Below, one piece after another: positions 1-9,250 of a DNA stretch of 64,000 nucleotides. The position numbers and the translations under genes were made by a program. The stretch is from positions 1-64,000 of IMG/VR virus record IMGVR_UViG_3300037470_000569; one strand, given 5' to 3'. The notes below the pieces were generated by a model. That model had not been told where the DNA came from, ran no database searches, and worked only from the letters and a program-made list of their open reading frames with translations. Every line of letters begins with the position of its first letter. The stretch's first letter is position 1. Source of the DNA: a virus (taxonomy: Duplodnaviria > Caudoviricetes).

Positions 1-96
1 GCTCCGTGTGCTGCTCCGAGAGCCGCACAAACTCAGTCGTGAGGAGCGAACCGCAGTACTTGAAGCTGCGGCCGATGAGCTGGAGGATCTCATCCC

Positions 97-351
97 GTGA
101 CCTTGACATGGCCCGGAGCCGAACGTCAGTGTAAGTTTGGGATAACCGACGACGAGCTGCGAGAGCGGCTCGGTGAGCAGTACGACGCGTTCATCCAGTG
201 GATGAGCGGTCAGACCGTTGCGGTGTGCGATGGACGCTATTACAACCAACTGCTGAAGACGTACACTGCGACGCACTGCGGTCCTCACGGCACGGTGGTC
301 TACGAGCACGACGTGGTGCGCTTCGAGCAGGGTCTGCCGATCATCGATTGA
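97..351 (+). CDS. hypothetical protein (84 aa)
   Basis: Open frame with phage-like codon usage, GGAGG upstream; stop lies just before the promoter at 392-420. Confidence 0.7.
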   Translation: MTLTWPGAERQCKFGITDDELRERLGEQYDAFIQWMSGQTVAVCDGRYYNQLLKTYTATHCGPHGTVVYEHDVVRFEQGLPIID

Positions 352-391
352 TGACACCAACTGGTGTCACAGAGAATCTTCCGTTTGGTGG

Positions 392-420
392 TTGTCAGAC
401 AGTGATCCTCCTGATACAAT
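392..420 (+). promoter_or_regulatory. sigma70-type early promoter (family copy)
   Basis: TTGTCA-17 bp-TACAAT followed by GTACTTAACAAGTT, matching the shared downstream element of the family. Confidence 0.75.
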
Positions 421-430
421 GTACTTAACA

Positions 431-665
431 AGTTGGAACCGGGGCCGCCGAGAGGCCTCAGCCCCGGAGATCCCTCCAACGTCAAGGCTACGTACCGCTT
501 GAGGGCGGATGCGGAAGGCCTAGGTTGGGGGCGGGAATCTCCCTCTCGACTCTGGTTCCAGCTTGTGGAGAGTCGAATCGCCGGGAGGCGGCCCTAAAGT
601 ATGGCCAGGTCCTGCTCCGGTTCGACCGGGAAACGCGAACACGAAGGCGGTTCGACTCTCCACAA
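431..665 (+). ncRNA. putative structured RNA / 5' leader
   Basis: 10-bp stem 431-440/554-563 enclosing several hairpins; 20-bp stem 563-582/646-665 with one G-U pair; begins just after a promoter. Confidence 0.55.
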
Positions 666-692
666 TCCCCGTACTTAGATGAGGAGAACACT

Positions 693-1652
693 GTGACAGA
701 TACGATTCACGAAGAGGTCACGTTTACCCAGCGTGACGTCCCCTGGATGAAGATTGGCCACCGAGTCGACGAAGCCCAGTCTCTGAGCGACGCGCTCACA
801 TTGGCCAAACTCGACTTCGACGTCGAGCTCCGCAAGGAGGGCTATCAGACGACCACCGGCACGTGGCGCATCGACCCTTCGAAGAAGAAGGTCGTTCGAG
901 TCGACACCGAGGAGCCCCTGGGCACAGTGTCCTCGACTTACGAGGCGCTCCAGTACCGGGATGCGTTCGACTTCCTCTCGGTCGGTGAGCTTGACTTCGT
1001 CGCCGGCGGCAACCTCAAGTTCGGGAAGCAGGCCTTCATGGTCGTGCAGGTTCCCGGACACAAGACGCTCGAGGTGTTGGGCGAAGATCACCACGATATG
1101 TACACCGTGGTGCGCACCAGCCACGACGGTTCGCGTGCACTGGAGGTCCTTCGGATGGCGCTGCGTGGAACGTGCATGAACGCGCTGACGCTATCGACCT
1201 TCGGTAAGGGCGGCGCTTATGGTGGCAACGCTGCACAGCGCTGGTCGATCCGCCACACGAAGAACATGCGGTCGAAGATGGAGCAGGTCCAGGCACTCAT
1301 CACGGGTGCGGAGGCCTACGACACTGAATTCGCTGAGATGGCGAAGCGGCTGGCTGACATCGACATCGATGTCGAGGCGACCGAGAAGCTCATCACCGAG
1401 CTCGTCAAGGAGCAGCATTCTTACGTCAAGGACCAGGAGACTTACGTCTCCGCGATCATGAACACGTACACCAGCTCGACGCGGAATGGTTATCAGGGCA
1501 ATGGGTGGGGCGTGTTGAACGCGGTCAGCGAGCACTACGAGCACGTGCGTGGCGGCGACCGCCGGACGGCGGAAGCCCGCTGGACGCAGAACTTTGATGG
1601 CCTCACGCACAAGGCCGTCGACCGCACCGCGCGGTTGCTGCTTACAGCATAA
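693..1652 (+). CDS. DUF932 family phage/plasmid-like protein
   Basis: Motifs VVRVDTEEPLGTVSSTYEALQ, TSHDGS, CMNAL, IRHT, NGWGVLNAVSE; true start probably the GTG at 693 after GAGGAG (track ORF starts at 525). Confidence 0.8.
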   Translation: MTDTIHEEVTFTQRDVPWMKIGHRVDEAQSLSDALTLAKLDFDVELRKEGYQTTTGTWRIDPSKKKVVRVDTEEPLGTVSSTYEALQYRDAFDFLSVGELDFVAGGNLKFGKQAFMVVQVPGHKTLEVLGEDHHDMYTVVRTSHDGSRALEVLRMALRGTCMNALTLSTFGKGGAYGGNAAQRWSIRHTKNMRSKMEQVQALITGAEAYDTEFAEMAKRLADIDIDVEATEKLITELVKEQHSYVKDQETYVSAIMNTYTSSTRNGYQGNGWGVLNAVSEHYEHVRGGDRRTAEARWTQNFDGLTHKAVDRTARLLLTA

Positions 1653-1662
1653 AGTACGTACA

Positions 1663-1865
1663 GGTGACCCCCTCTCCGGGCGCGGAGTCAGTGGCGCAGT
1701 GTCACCAGTGTGAGGGCAGATCGTGATCCCTCACAACCGTGAGTCTTGCTAGTGCAGGCGCCCGAACACATGTGGCGTGGGTTCGGTCAACGTCGAGATG
1801 CGGATACTCTCAGCACTAGCAAGACTCACTTTAACTGTGACCATAAGACTGAAAGAGACTCACAG
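1663..1865 (+). ncRNA. putative structured RNA downstream of the DUF932 gene
   Basis: Perfect 17-bp inverted repeat 1739-1755/1813-1829 plus flanking hairpins (GGTGAC/GTCACC, GTGAGGG/CCCTCAC, ACTGTGA/TCACAGT). Confidence 0.5.
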
Positions 1866-2209
1866 TGCCCAGGCGCAAAGATCCGAGAAACTCCGGTAAG
1901 CCTAAGAAGCCTGATCCGCCTAGTAAAGATCCAGAACGGTTTCGTCAACGACCTGACAACTACGATGACTATGAACATGTAGATAACCTTGTCAATACTG
2001 AATTTCAAAGGCGTCAAGGTGATCGGAACCTTAAGGATGCGCTTGAAGCGAAACGGTTAAGAGAAGAGAAGGCTGCTAAAGACTTTGCTGATAGGGTTGA
2101 AGCTGCAAAGCAGGATCGACTGAGAGAACAGCAAGCACGTGATAAACATGCTGCCGAAGTAGCACAACGAATTCGAGATGAACAAGAACGTAGGAGAAGG
2201 GACCGATGA
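1865..2209 (+). CDS. hypothetical charged coiled-coil protein
   Basis: 114-aa ORF rich in R/E/K/D; weak start context. Confidence 0.45.
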   Translation: MPRRKDPRNSGKPKKPDPPSKDPERFRQRPDNYDDYEHVDNLVNTEFQRRQGDRNLKDALEAKRLREEKAAKDFADRVEAAKQDRLREQQARDKHAAEVAQRIRDEQERRRRDR

Positions 2210-2318
2210 GAGTTCGACCGTACGCACGCTTCAAGCCTCGCATGGGTTGTAGCGTGAACATACTCATGGTCGTCGTGGCAATCAGCGTCGTGACTACCAG
2301 CCTAGTTCGGAGATTGAA

Positions 2319-3011
2319 GTGAAGAAGAACATTCTACTCGCCATCGTCACCATCCTCATCGGCGCCGGTTGCTATTACGGTGACCCCGGGATTGTCACGT
2401 CTGACACCTCGTACGGCCTCATCGGCATCACCGCTGATGGTGACTACCCAGCCGATTCGTTCGCAGTTGCCGGAGACGCTGCGTTTATTGTCGTGCACGC
2501 ACCCTCAACGAACGGTGGCGGGAACACCCGAGCCGGGTTCACGATTGAGGGCCCAGACACGTACGTCAATAGCTCATGCGCCACATGGCAGGGTCACACC
2601 GGTCCAATCGACCAGCCGGGCGCAATCTTGCATTTCAACGGCACTGAGTTCATCTCGGTAACACAGAACATCTACGCTGGCGCTCGCCATGTCATCAACG
2701 TGCATCACTGGAATCTGACGGTACCCGCGAACGCCGATCGGTTCACGCTCCTTGCTCAGTACACACCACCTTCGATGGCCGCACCTGAGCAGTGGCCGTG
2801 GCGCATGTGCGCCGAGGCATTCGGCCCGACGGTTAGCTTCAAGGTGTGGCCACTTACGATGCCCGAACCCGCTTATGGAGATCCATGCTGCGGTGCTAGC
2901 CTGCCCGTCGAGTATCACGCTGATGGTCGACCCGGTTGGTTTGCCGGTCACCTATCACCGGGTGGCGCGATGGCGTTCAGTGACCTGATGACTGAGAGCT
3001 ACAACCCGTGA
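2319..3011 (+). CDS. putative secreted protein / lipoprotein
   Basis: MKK, hydrophobic stretch, then lipobox-like GAGC; GGAG ribosome-binding site upstream. Confidence 0.7.
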   Translation: MKKNILLAIVTILIGAGCYYGDPGIVTSDTSYGLIGITADGDYPADSFAVAGDAAFIVVHAPSTNGGGNTRAGFTIEGPDTYVNSSCATWQGHTGPIDQPGAILHFNGTEFISVTQNIYAGARHVINVHHWNLTVPANADRFTLLAQYTPPSMAAPEQWPWRMCAEAFGPTVSFKVWPLTMPEPAYGDPCCGASLPVEYHADGRPGWFAGHLSPGGAMAFSDLMTESYNP

Positions 3012-3184
3012 TCCGATGGTTCCCTTCATCACCCAATAGTCCTGGTCCGTATCTACCGTGGTGGCGAGACACCTGTAGAACCAGCCTGACTTATCGCGGA
3101 TGGATGATACTCAACGATCCATCTAGTGCGGATCGCCCGCAATACGCTACGCACATCGTGAATGACTGGGTCCACAGCACTACA

Positions 3185-4303
3185 TCAGCTGTTCGATGAA
3201 GTTAAGCCGATACGTGAAAGAACCGGTTCAAGCTTCGTCTGTCCCTTCAACCGTGATCGATGCTGGGTGATCTCGTAAGCCGCACTCCACGTCTCGATCC
3301 AGCGCCAAGCATGTTCTTCAATCGTCAACGTGCTCGCCAGTGCACGGGCCGCTTCACCGGCTTCCTGGCGAGCACGTTCGTCTGTGAGCAGACGGTTGAG
3401 GGCTCGTACCCAGGACCTCGTTCGACGATCGACCAGCACACCAGCCTCAGGTTGGAGCGCATGTAAGACTCGGTACTCGCCGATGTCTGAGGCGACCCAG
3501 GGGCAGCCAACCGCTGAGAGCTCTAGTGGTTTCAGCCACGACTTCGCCAGGTTGAATCTACTCTCCGCAAGTGGAGCCACGCCAACATCAAGGTGCAGTA
3601 ACGCCTCAGACCAGTGGCTGAACTCTACGCGACCAGTCGCTCGAGCGTCCTCAGGGAGGCCGAGCGCCTGACCCGTACCGTCTGGATAGCCGACGATCAG
3701 AAACGAGTCTCGAAGCGTTTGATGCTGGACCGCTCCAGCAATGATCGGCAGATCATCAGGATGTGAGTGCACCGCGCCAGGCCAACCCCACGACGGTTCA
3801 GCGTGCTCGGTCCGCTCGAGGTCGAGGAAGGATCGTGGCACGCAGTTCTTCAGCACACGCGAGTTGCCAGCGCCGTAGCGCTCCTGTAGTCCCTCAGTCG
3901 ATACGGTTACCAACGTCGCGGCCCGGCACGCGACCTGGGCGTGCTGCCAGTTGTTTCCGGGTGAGTTACGAGGGTGGAGTAGCTTGAATGCTACGTTCCC
4001 CGGATGAATAGAAGACAGGTCGTCATCCATGTCAACGACGACCGTCCGACCATTCTCCACCAGGTGCTCGATGAGCTTAGCCAGGTGCACGTTAGTTGGC
4101 CGCTGAAACACGTAGACATCGGCGTCGCGACCGAGCTCGATCGACTGCAACTGACCTTCATAGGTGATGCCCCTAATGCCACTCCCGTCGCCAGGCATGA
4201 TAACCTCGACGTCATACCCTTGACTCTGCAGCACCCGTGCTGGCCAGATGAGTCTGTAATAACCACATCCCCAGACATCGGCTGGAAACACACAGACCTT
4301 CAT
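3185..4303 (-). CDS. glycosyltransferase (GT-B, family 4-like)
   Basis: D-x-x-GCGYYRL start, VVDMDDD, DVGVAPL, FNLAKSWLKPLE motifs of phage GT4-like enzymes. Confidence 0.8.
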   Translation of the reverse strand: MKVCVFPADVWGCGYYRLIWPARVLQSQGYDVEVIMPGDGSGIRGITYEGQLQSIELGRDADVYVFQRPTNVHLAKLIEHLVENGRTVVVDMDDDLSSIHPGNVAFKLLHPRNSPGNNWQHAQVACRAATLVTVSTEGLQERYGAGNSRVLKNCVPRSFLDLERTEHAEPSWGWPGAVHSHPDDLPIIAGAVQHQTLRDSFLIVGYPDGTGQALGLPEDARATGRVEFSHWSEALLHLDVGVAPLAESRFNLAKSWLKPLELSAVGCPWVASDIGEYRVLHALQPEAGVLVDRRTRSWVRALNRLLTDERARQEAGEAARALASTLTIEEHAWRWIETWSAAYEITQHRSRLKGQTKLEPVLSRIGLTSSNS

Positions 4304-4320
4304 AGGGGTCCTCTCACTTA

Positions 4321-4926
4321 CTAGCTCGTCATGAAGTGTATGTTGTGGAACACGATCGGTGATATGCTGGCCGGTGTCTGAACGAAACCGCCGGGTGTAA
4401 CCAGGATCACCTCCGCACCGGCGAATGAATTGTGAGCACCGAAGAGTAGTCTACTCCGTGGACGATAGCCCACCGGCAGCTCGAAGATGTTGACATCGGT
4501 ACCTGATGATCGTTCACATGTCCCACGAACCGTGACCAGTTGACCCATACGCTTGAACATCGTCTTGGGGTAGAGGTCCTGACCGAAATCACCAACGCCA
4601 GCTAGGTTACCCCAACCCGCATGAAACTGCACCTGCTGAGGTGTCCCCACTAGGTGCCACGGATCATGACGAGGCATACCGACAATGAGAGCTTGATGCG
4701 GGGGCGTGAAGACGACCGTTACTCGATCGTTGACATTCACGCCGAGTTGTGTCGTATCATGTGCTTGAATCGTAATTCCATCGGCATCAAGCTGAATGAA
4801 GTGAATGTACGTGTCAATGTTCAGCTCGATAACAGTGCCGTGACGAAACACCGGTTGTTGCGTAGACGTGAGTGCTCGTTGAACAGCTAACTGCGCTGTG
4901 GACTGCATCAGTTGTTCGTGCGTCAT
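4321..4926 (-). CDS. minor tail protein (spike/baseplate-like)
   Basis: OB-fold-like N-terminus; C-terminal VTVRG...IFELPVGYRP motif typical of tail proteins; last of the tail gene series. Confidence 0.65.
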   Translation of the reverse strand: MTHEQLMQSTAQLAVQRALTSTQQPVFRHGTVIELNIDTYIHFIQLDADGITIQAHDTTQLGVNVNDRVTVVFTPPHQALIVGMPRHDPWHLVGTPQQVQFHAGWGNLAGVGDFGQDLYPKTMFKRMGQLVTVRGTCERSSGTDVNIFELPVGYRPRSRLLFGAHNSFAGAEVILVTPGGFVQTPASISPIVFHNIHFMTS

Positions 4927-6026
4927 ACGTGCCCTTCCAATCGTGGCGGTGAAATACGTCGCAATGTATGCTGATGATCAGAACCATCAAGGAGTGTCAT
5001 AGTATGACTTAATTCGAGAAATCGCTGCTCTTCAAAGTCTATGATCTGATAGTGATCATGACGGGGATCTGCTGGCCCTGAGAACTCAACAGTTTCAAAC
5101 GGAAATCGCCACTGTCTTGAAAGCTGCAGTGCGGCATATTCAGCATCGGCTGCCGATGCAATCCCCTGGGCAAGTTCAACACGTGTGACAAAGAATCCAC
5201 GATTCTCAAAGCTATGTGGTGCATCAGCAGGTATGTCATAAACACCAACCACAGGTACGTCAGTCGGGCCATTATTGACGATCACAAAGCGGTTTGGTAG
5301 GTCAAGAATATTCGTACTACGCGTGATGCTTCCGAGAAACGTTCGTTGCCCGGTACGATACGTTAAGATTTGATCAGCAGATACTGCATCAGGATCCGGC
5401 AATGGTCCTAAGCGTCCTACACCATTGTTATCGAAGTACAAGTCATGGTACCCGATCATCATAGCGAGTTCGTTAATGATACGTAAACGCCGTGTACCGA
5501 TTGTCCACGAGATGGCTTCAACCGTATTCACTTGCGCCGATGAAGGCTGTATTTCATATGCAATCGGTAGCTCAGCCATCAATGAAGCAATTGCATCTGT
5601 GATAATCTGCCCGGGCGCGTATGATACTGACCGATCAAGCTCCTGATCGACGATCAGTAATTGGTCAACGAGGGATGCTTCACCAACTGAGAACGTCGTT
5701 CCATTCTTATTCGTCACGACATTCCGACTTACATCACTGAAGAGAAACACTCCTTGTGGCCACACCGTACCATCAGATAATTGCATCCACAGTTTGATGC
5801 TTGCCTTGATAACATTGATGTCAGTGATCTCATCAGGTAAGAATGACAGCCCTGTGAGAGTCCGCTTGATGGCACGAGACGTATCAACTGATAGCGAGGG
5901 TGGTGACTGGCGATCTAGGAGCTGGAGAGTACCCTGTGCATTACCATTTTCATACAACTCGAACACCCATGATGCTGCACGACTTGTTGCATTGAGGTCA
6001 AGTAATGCATTTGGTACGATTGTCAT
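4923..6026 (-). CDS. minor tail protein (hub/Tal-like)
   Basis: Two genes after the tape measure gene; actinophage-type motifs (QGVFLF, YFDNNGVGRL, DPRHDHYQII). Confidence 0.65.
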   Translation of the reverse strand: MTIVPNALLDLNATSRAASWVFELYENGNAQGTLQLLDRQSPPSLSVDTSRAIKRTLTGLSFLPDEITDINVIKASIKLWMQLSDGTVWPQGVFLFSDVSRNVVTNKNGTTFSVGEASLVDQLLIVDQELDRSVSYAPGQIITDAIASLMAELPIAYEIQPSSAQVNTVEAISWTIGTRRLRIINELAMMIGYHDLYFDNNGVGRLGPLPDPDAVSADQILTYRTGQRTFLGSITRSTNILDLPNRFVIVNNGPTDVPVVGVYDIPADAPHSFENRGFFVTRVELAQGIASAADAEYAALQLSRQWRFPFETVEFSGPADPRHDHYQIIDFEEQRFLELSHTMTLLDGSDHQHTLRRISPPRLEGHV

Positions 6027-9000
6027 GGGAACACCTCACCAACCGTTGCTTCAGTGAGCACAGGGGTGGAGAGTTCAGTAACCTCGACATTTGCAAACCA
6101 AAGGTCACCTAAGTCGGGGTCGTGCAGTTGGGTCAGCGACGGTACGGTCACTGCTGCATACCAGCGGTTACCGCAGGTATCACGTACAACGAGGCCAGTG
6201 GGTGACTGGACGACCTGTCGGATGCCATCAGCCACTTGCAAGCACGGCTTCACAGGCGTGCACAATGCTGAAATTGTTAGACGTCGTCGAAATCGCAGAC
6301 CTAACTTCTCAAGTGGCCTGAATGAGAAGTGCTTATCACGACCATATACAGTTCGCAAAGTCTGCTGTTCAGCATCTAGCACCTCCCATTCATGCTCAAT
6401 TGGTAAACTGCCATGTGCTTCAGCGAATGCCACACTAAGTGTTGGATCACCCGGTACGGTGATGATCAAATCCGACCCGGTCGGTGCTGGAGTCGTAGCA
6501 CAAACGACATCGATGAACTCGGACAAACCACCATCTACTCGCTTCTGACGAACTTGGTAGCAGACCGACGTGTCATATACCATCGAGTAGTCATCAAAGC
6601 ATGTCGGTGCATTCACCACACCTGTAACGGCTGTACCTGTAGGTGAAATGATTGCGACCGTCGTCCAGGCAGGATTCGTAACTGCAGGTTCAAGACGCTG
6701 CACTTCATAATACTGGAAGTTCTCTCGCGTGAGTGTCGTCGGCGTCCAGCATACATGATTATACGTGATCCCTCTCACGTAACAATTACTTCCCGCGATG
6801 TCTACATTCGTAGGTGAGGCGGCTGCAAGTGCTACTGACAACGATGCCGAAATCGCGGCGGCACCGCCATTCACAGTCCAGTTACCACCGAACCACCCGA
6901 GAGTTCCTGTCTGATAATCCCACACCATACCAGCATCAGAACCAAGCACTGATGAAGGTTCACCTGCTTCAGTGAATCCAGCTTCATTATTAACACTCGT
7001 CCAGTCATCCTGCTTCCAACCGATGCGAATGCCGAGATCGGTTGATGTCATGGACAATACTGACCAGGGGAGATTCTGAGCTGAAGCAAAGGAACCTGAA
7101 GCACTGGCTGTGACGAGAGTTGCAAGGTTAGTTCTCGTACCACGAACAACCATGCACTGAGCGAGTGCAGTCTCATTCGTCGCTCCGGCGGCAAATGTCA
7201 CCTGTGGTAGGATGTCAAACCCACCACCAATCGCATTCTTCGCGAATAGTCTTAAGTTACCCTGCGAATTGGTGCCAATTCGTGTCCAGCCAATCGGCGT
7301 GTTGACAGTTCCTGTGTTGAAATTTCGTACACTTGCCAAACAAAGGAGAACATCATCAGCACGGATGTCAACGACTGGTAGCGGCGGGATGAGAGTAACG
7401 GTTACATCTGAGTTTGCAGATGCAACGCTAGTGCCCGTGCCCACCACCGAGACTCGCGGCGTAACCGTCGTTGCGCAACCGTCGCATGCTCCACCGGACA
7501 CCGGGAGGGTCTGCACTGTGATTGCTGTGCCAGTGATCGCCGGTACATCTGAAATGAGCATGACTTGAAGGTCAGCTCGACGATTAGGCAACGTGTTGAT
7601 GTTAACCCGCGTGCCTGATGGATAAGGGTAAGAGAGGCCTGCTGCACTACCAGGTGCAGTCTGATCTGCACCTGTGACACCGATGATCTCAGAGACCAAT
7701 GTCCCGATACGCCACGGATTATCAACACCTTGTCCCGTACCTTGAACAGGAGTATCCTCGGTAAGGATAAAGTCAATGTGTGAAGGCGCACTATCAACGA
7801 GATCAATCGATGTACCGAAGTCGATCAATATCGAACGGTACTCATCACCCCAGATATCGCTACCAACGACTTCGCTTGCTCGCCATGTCGTCTCATCAAC
7901 ACGTATAGGCCCAGCAACAAGTCCTTCTAGGAATGTCCGAACTGAGACATCCACACCACCCTTGAAGTCAGGCTGCACTCCAGGATGCTGCACCAATGAG
8001 ATGTTTGTACGCAGATACCGATATTTCGTTGTCCCAACTGGAGCATTCTCGAGAGAATGCCTAACACGATCTGCAGTATTCGCGATCTTAACGGGTTGTG
8101 CACCTGAGTAATTCTCGCTATACGGGACGGTGTCAACAACTTCCGAACCTGCTGAGAACATGCGAATCGCAGGAATCCCCTGTTGCTGTGTATCCAATGC
8201 AACGGGAATAGCATGATTCTGACTTGTAGTTCCATTGACAAGAGTATATGCATCCCAATCAAGGAATGTGTAATGAACAGGTGTGATGCCGTTCTGCTTC
8301 AGATCATTGAGTGTGCGGTAGTCCAGGCGTGAACCTAACGCCTTATAATCATCCTGAGCACAAGGTGGTCGGACAACCACAACATACTCAACGCCTGTAG
8401 TGACAGGCACCGCAGTAGCAACATTAGGCTGATGGAACGATCCGGTTACCCACTGATATGGCCCGGTGGGTATGACAAGACCAACACCTGCACGTCGTTC
8501 ATTAATATAATCAATATGAAGTTGTAACCAATCGAAGATATTTGGCTGAGAACTTACTGCCCGAAAGCGTAGTCTTCGGTTTCCCACACCAGCATCAAAT
8601 TGCCTAATCTCCGAAGGTGTCCATAACTTCCATGTCCCAAGACTACCCATCTCCTGATATGCCTCAGCAATATGCTGGGTTGAGTAACCTGATCCGAAAT
8701 ACCTAAACCAATAACTTACACCATTCTGATCTATACGCTCAACAGATACTTGGGAATATACATTCACATCGACGCCCACTGCAAGTACGTGTGCGGTAAG
8801 CGGGAATGCGCTTGCGTCCGACGCTTCGACTGTGATCACAGCCGGATTCGGTCCCGACTGATAGAGAAACTTTCCATCATTCGGTAAATCAAGTTCATCG
8901 CCCGTGACTGCACCAAACGTCTCATCTATCACATCACTAGAAGACGTGATGTTCATAGTGAAATAACTATATTGCAGTGCCCCCGGATCAAAGCCTGATA

Positions 9001-9250
9001 CAGGAATCAGTTCAACAATCCACGGACGACGCTGACCTACATAACCACCAGCAATAGCAGTAATTAACGGTGCATAAGTGAGTGCACCTGAGTATATCGA
9101 AACCTGATCAATGAAACCTGTACGTTGCGCCTTAAAGCGCAGTGCATACATGTCTGTGTTACTAACGAGGACATTATTAGTAACGCCTATGCCCGCGAAC
9201 TCAACACCGAGCGTGTCAGGAGAATGTGGATTCCAGTTTGAACGCGGCAT
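6023..9250 (-). CDS. large minor tail protein
   Basis: 1075 aa immediately downstream of the tape measure gene; beta-rich T/G/V composition; Dit-like C-terminus. Confidence 0.7.
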   Translation of the reverse strand: MPRSNWNPHSPDTLGVEFAGIGVTNNVLVSNTDMYALRFKAQRTGFIDQVSIYSGALTYAPLITAIAGGYVGQRRPWIVELIPVSGFDPGALQYSYFTMNITSSSDVIDETFGAVTGDELDLPNDGKFLYQSGPNPAVITVEASDASAFPLTAHVLAVGVDVNVYSQVSVERIDQNGVSYWFRYFGSGYSTQHIAEAYQEMGSLGTWKLWTPSEIRQFDAGVGNRRLRFRAVSSQPNIFDWLQLHIDYINERRAGVGLVIPTGPYQWVTGSFHQPNVATAVPVTTGVEYVVVVRPPCAQDDYKALGSRLDYRTLNDLKQNGITPVHYTFLDWDAYTLVNGTTSQNHAIPVALDTQQQGIPAIRMFSAGSEVVDTVPYSENYSGAQPVKIANTADRVRHSLENAPVGTTKYRYLRTNISLVQHPGVQPDFKGGVDVSVRTFLEGLVAGPIRVDETTWRASEVVGSDIWGDEYRSILIDFGTSIDLVDSAPSHIDFILTEDTPVQGTGQGVDNPWRIGTLVSEIIGVTGADQTAPGSAAGLSYPYPSGTRVNINTLPNRRADLQVMLISDVPAITGTAITVQTLPVSGGACDGCATTVTPRVSVVGTGTSVASANSDVTVTLIPPLPVVDIRADDVLLCLASVRNFNTGTVNTPIGWTRIGTNSQGNLRLFAKNAIGGGFDILPQVTFAAGATNETALAQCMVVRGTRTNLATLVTASASGSFASAQNLPWSVLSMTSTDLGIRIGWKQDDWTSVNNEAGFTEAGEPSSVLGSDAGMVWDYQTGTLGWFGGNWTVNGGAAAISASLSVALAAASPTNVDIAGSNCYVRGITYNHVCWTPTTLTRENFQYYEVQRLEPAVTNPAWTTVAIISPTGTAVTGVVNAPTCFDDYSMVYDTSVCYQVRQKRVDGGLSEFIDVVCATTPAPTGSDLIITVPGDPTLSVAFAEAHGSLPIEHEWEVLDAEQQTLRTVYGRDKHFSFRPLEKLGLRFRRRLTISALCTPVKPCLQVADGIRQVVQSPTGLVVRDTCGNRWYAAVTVPSLTQLHDPDLGDLWFANVEVTELSTPVLTEATVGEVFP

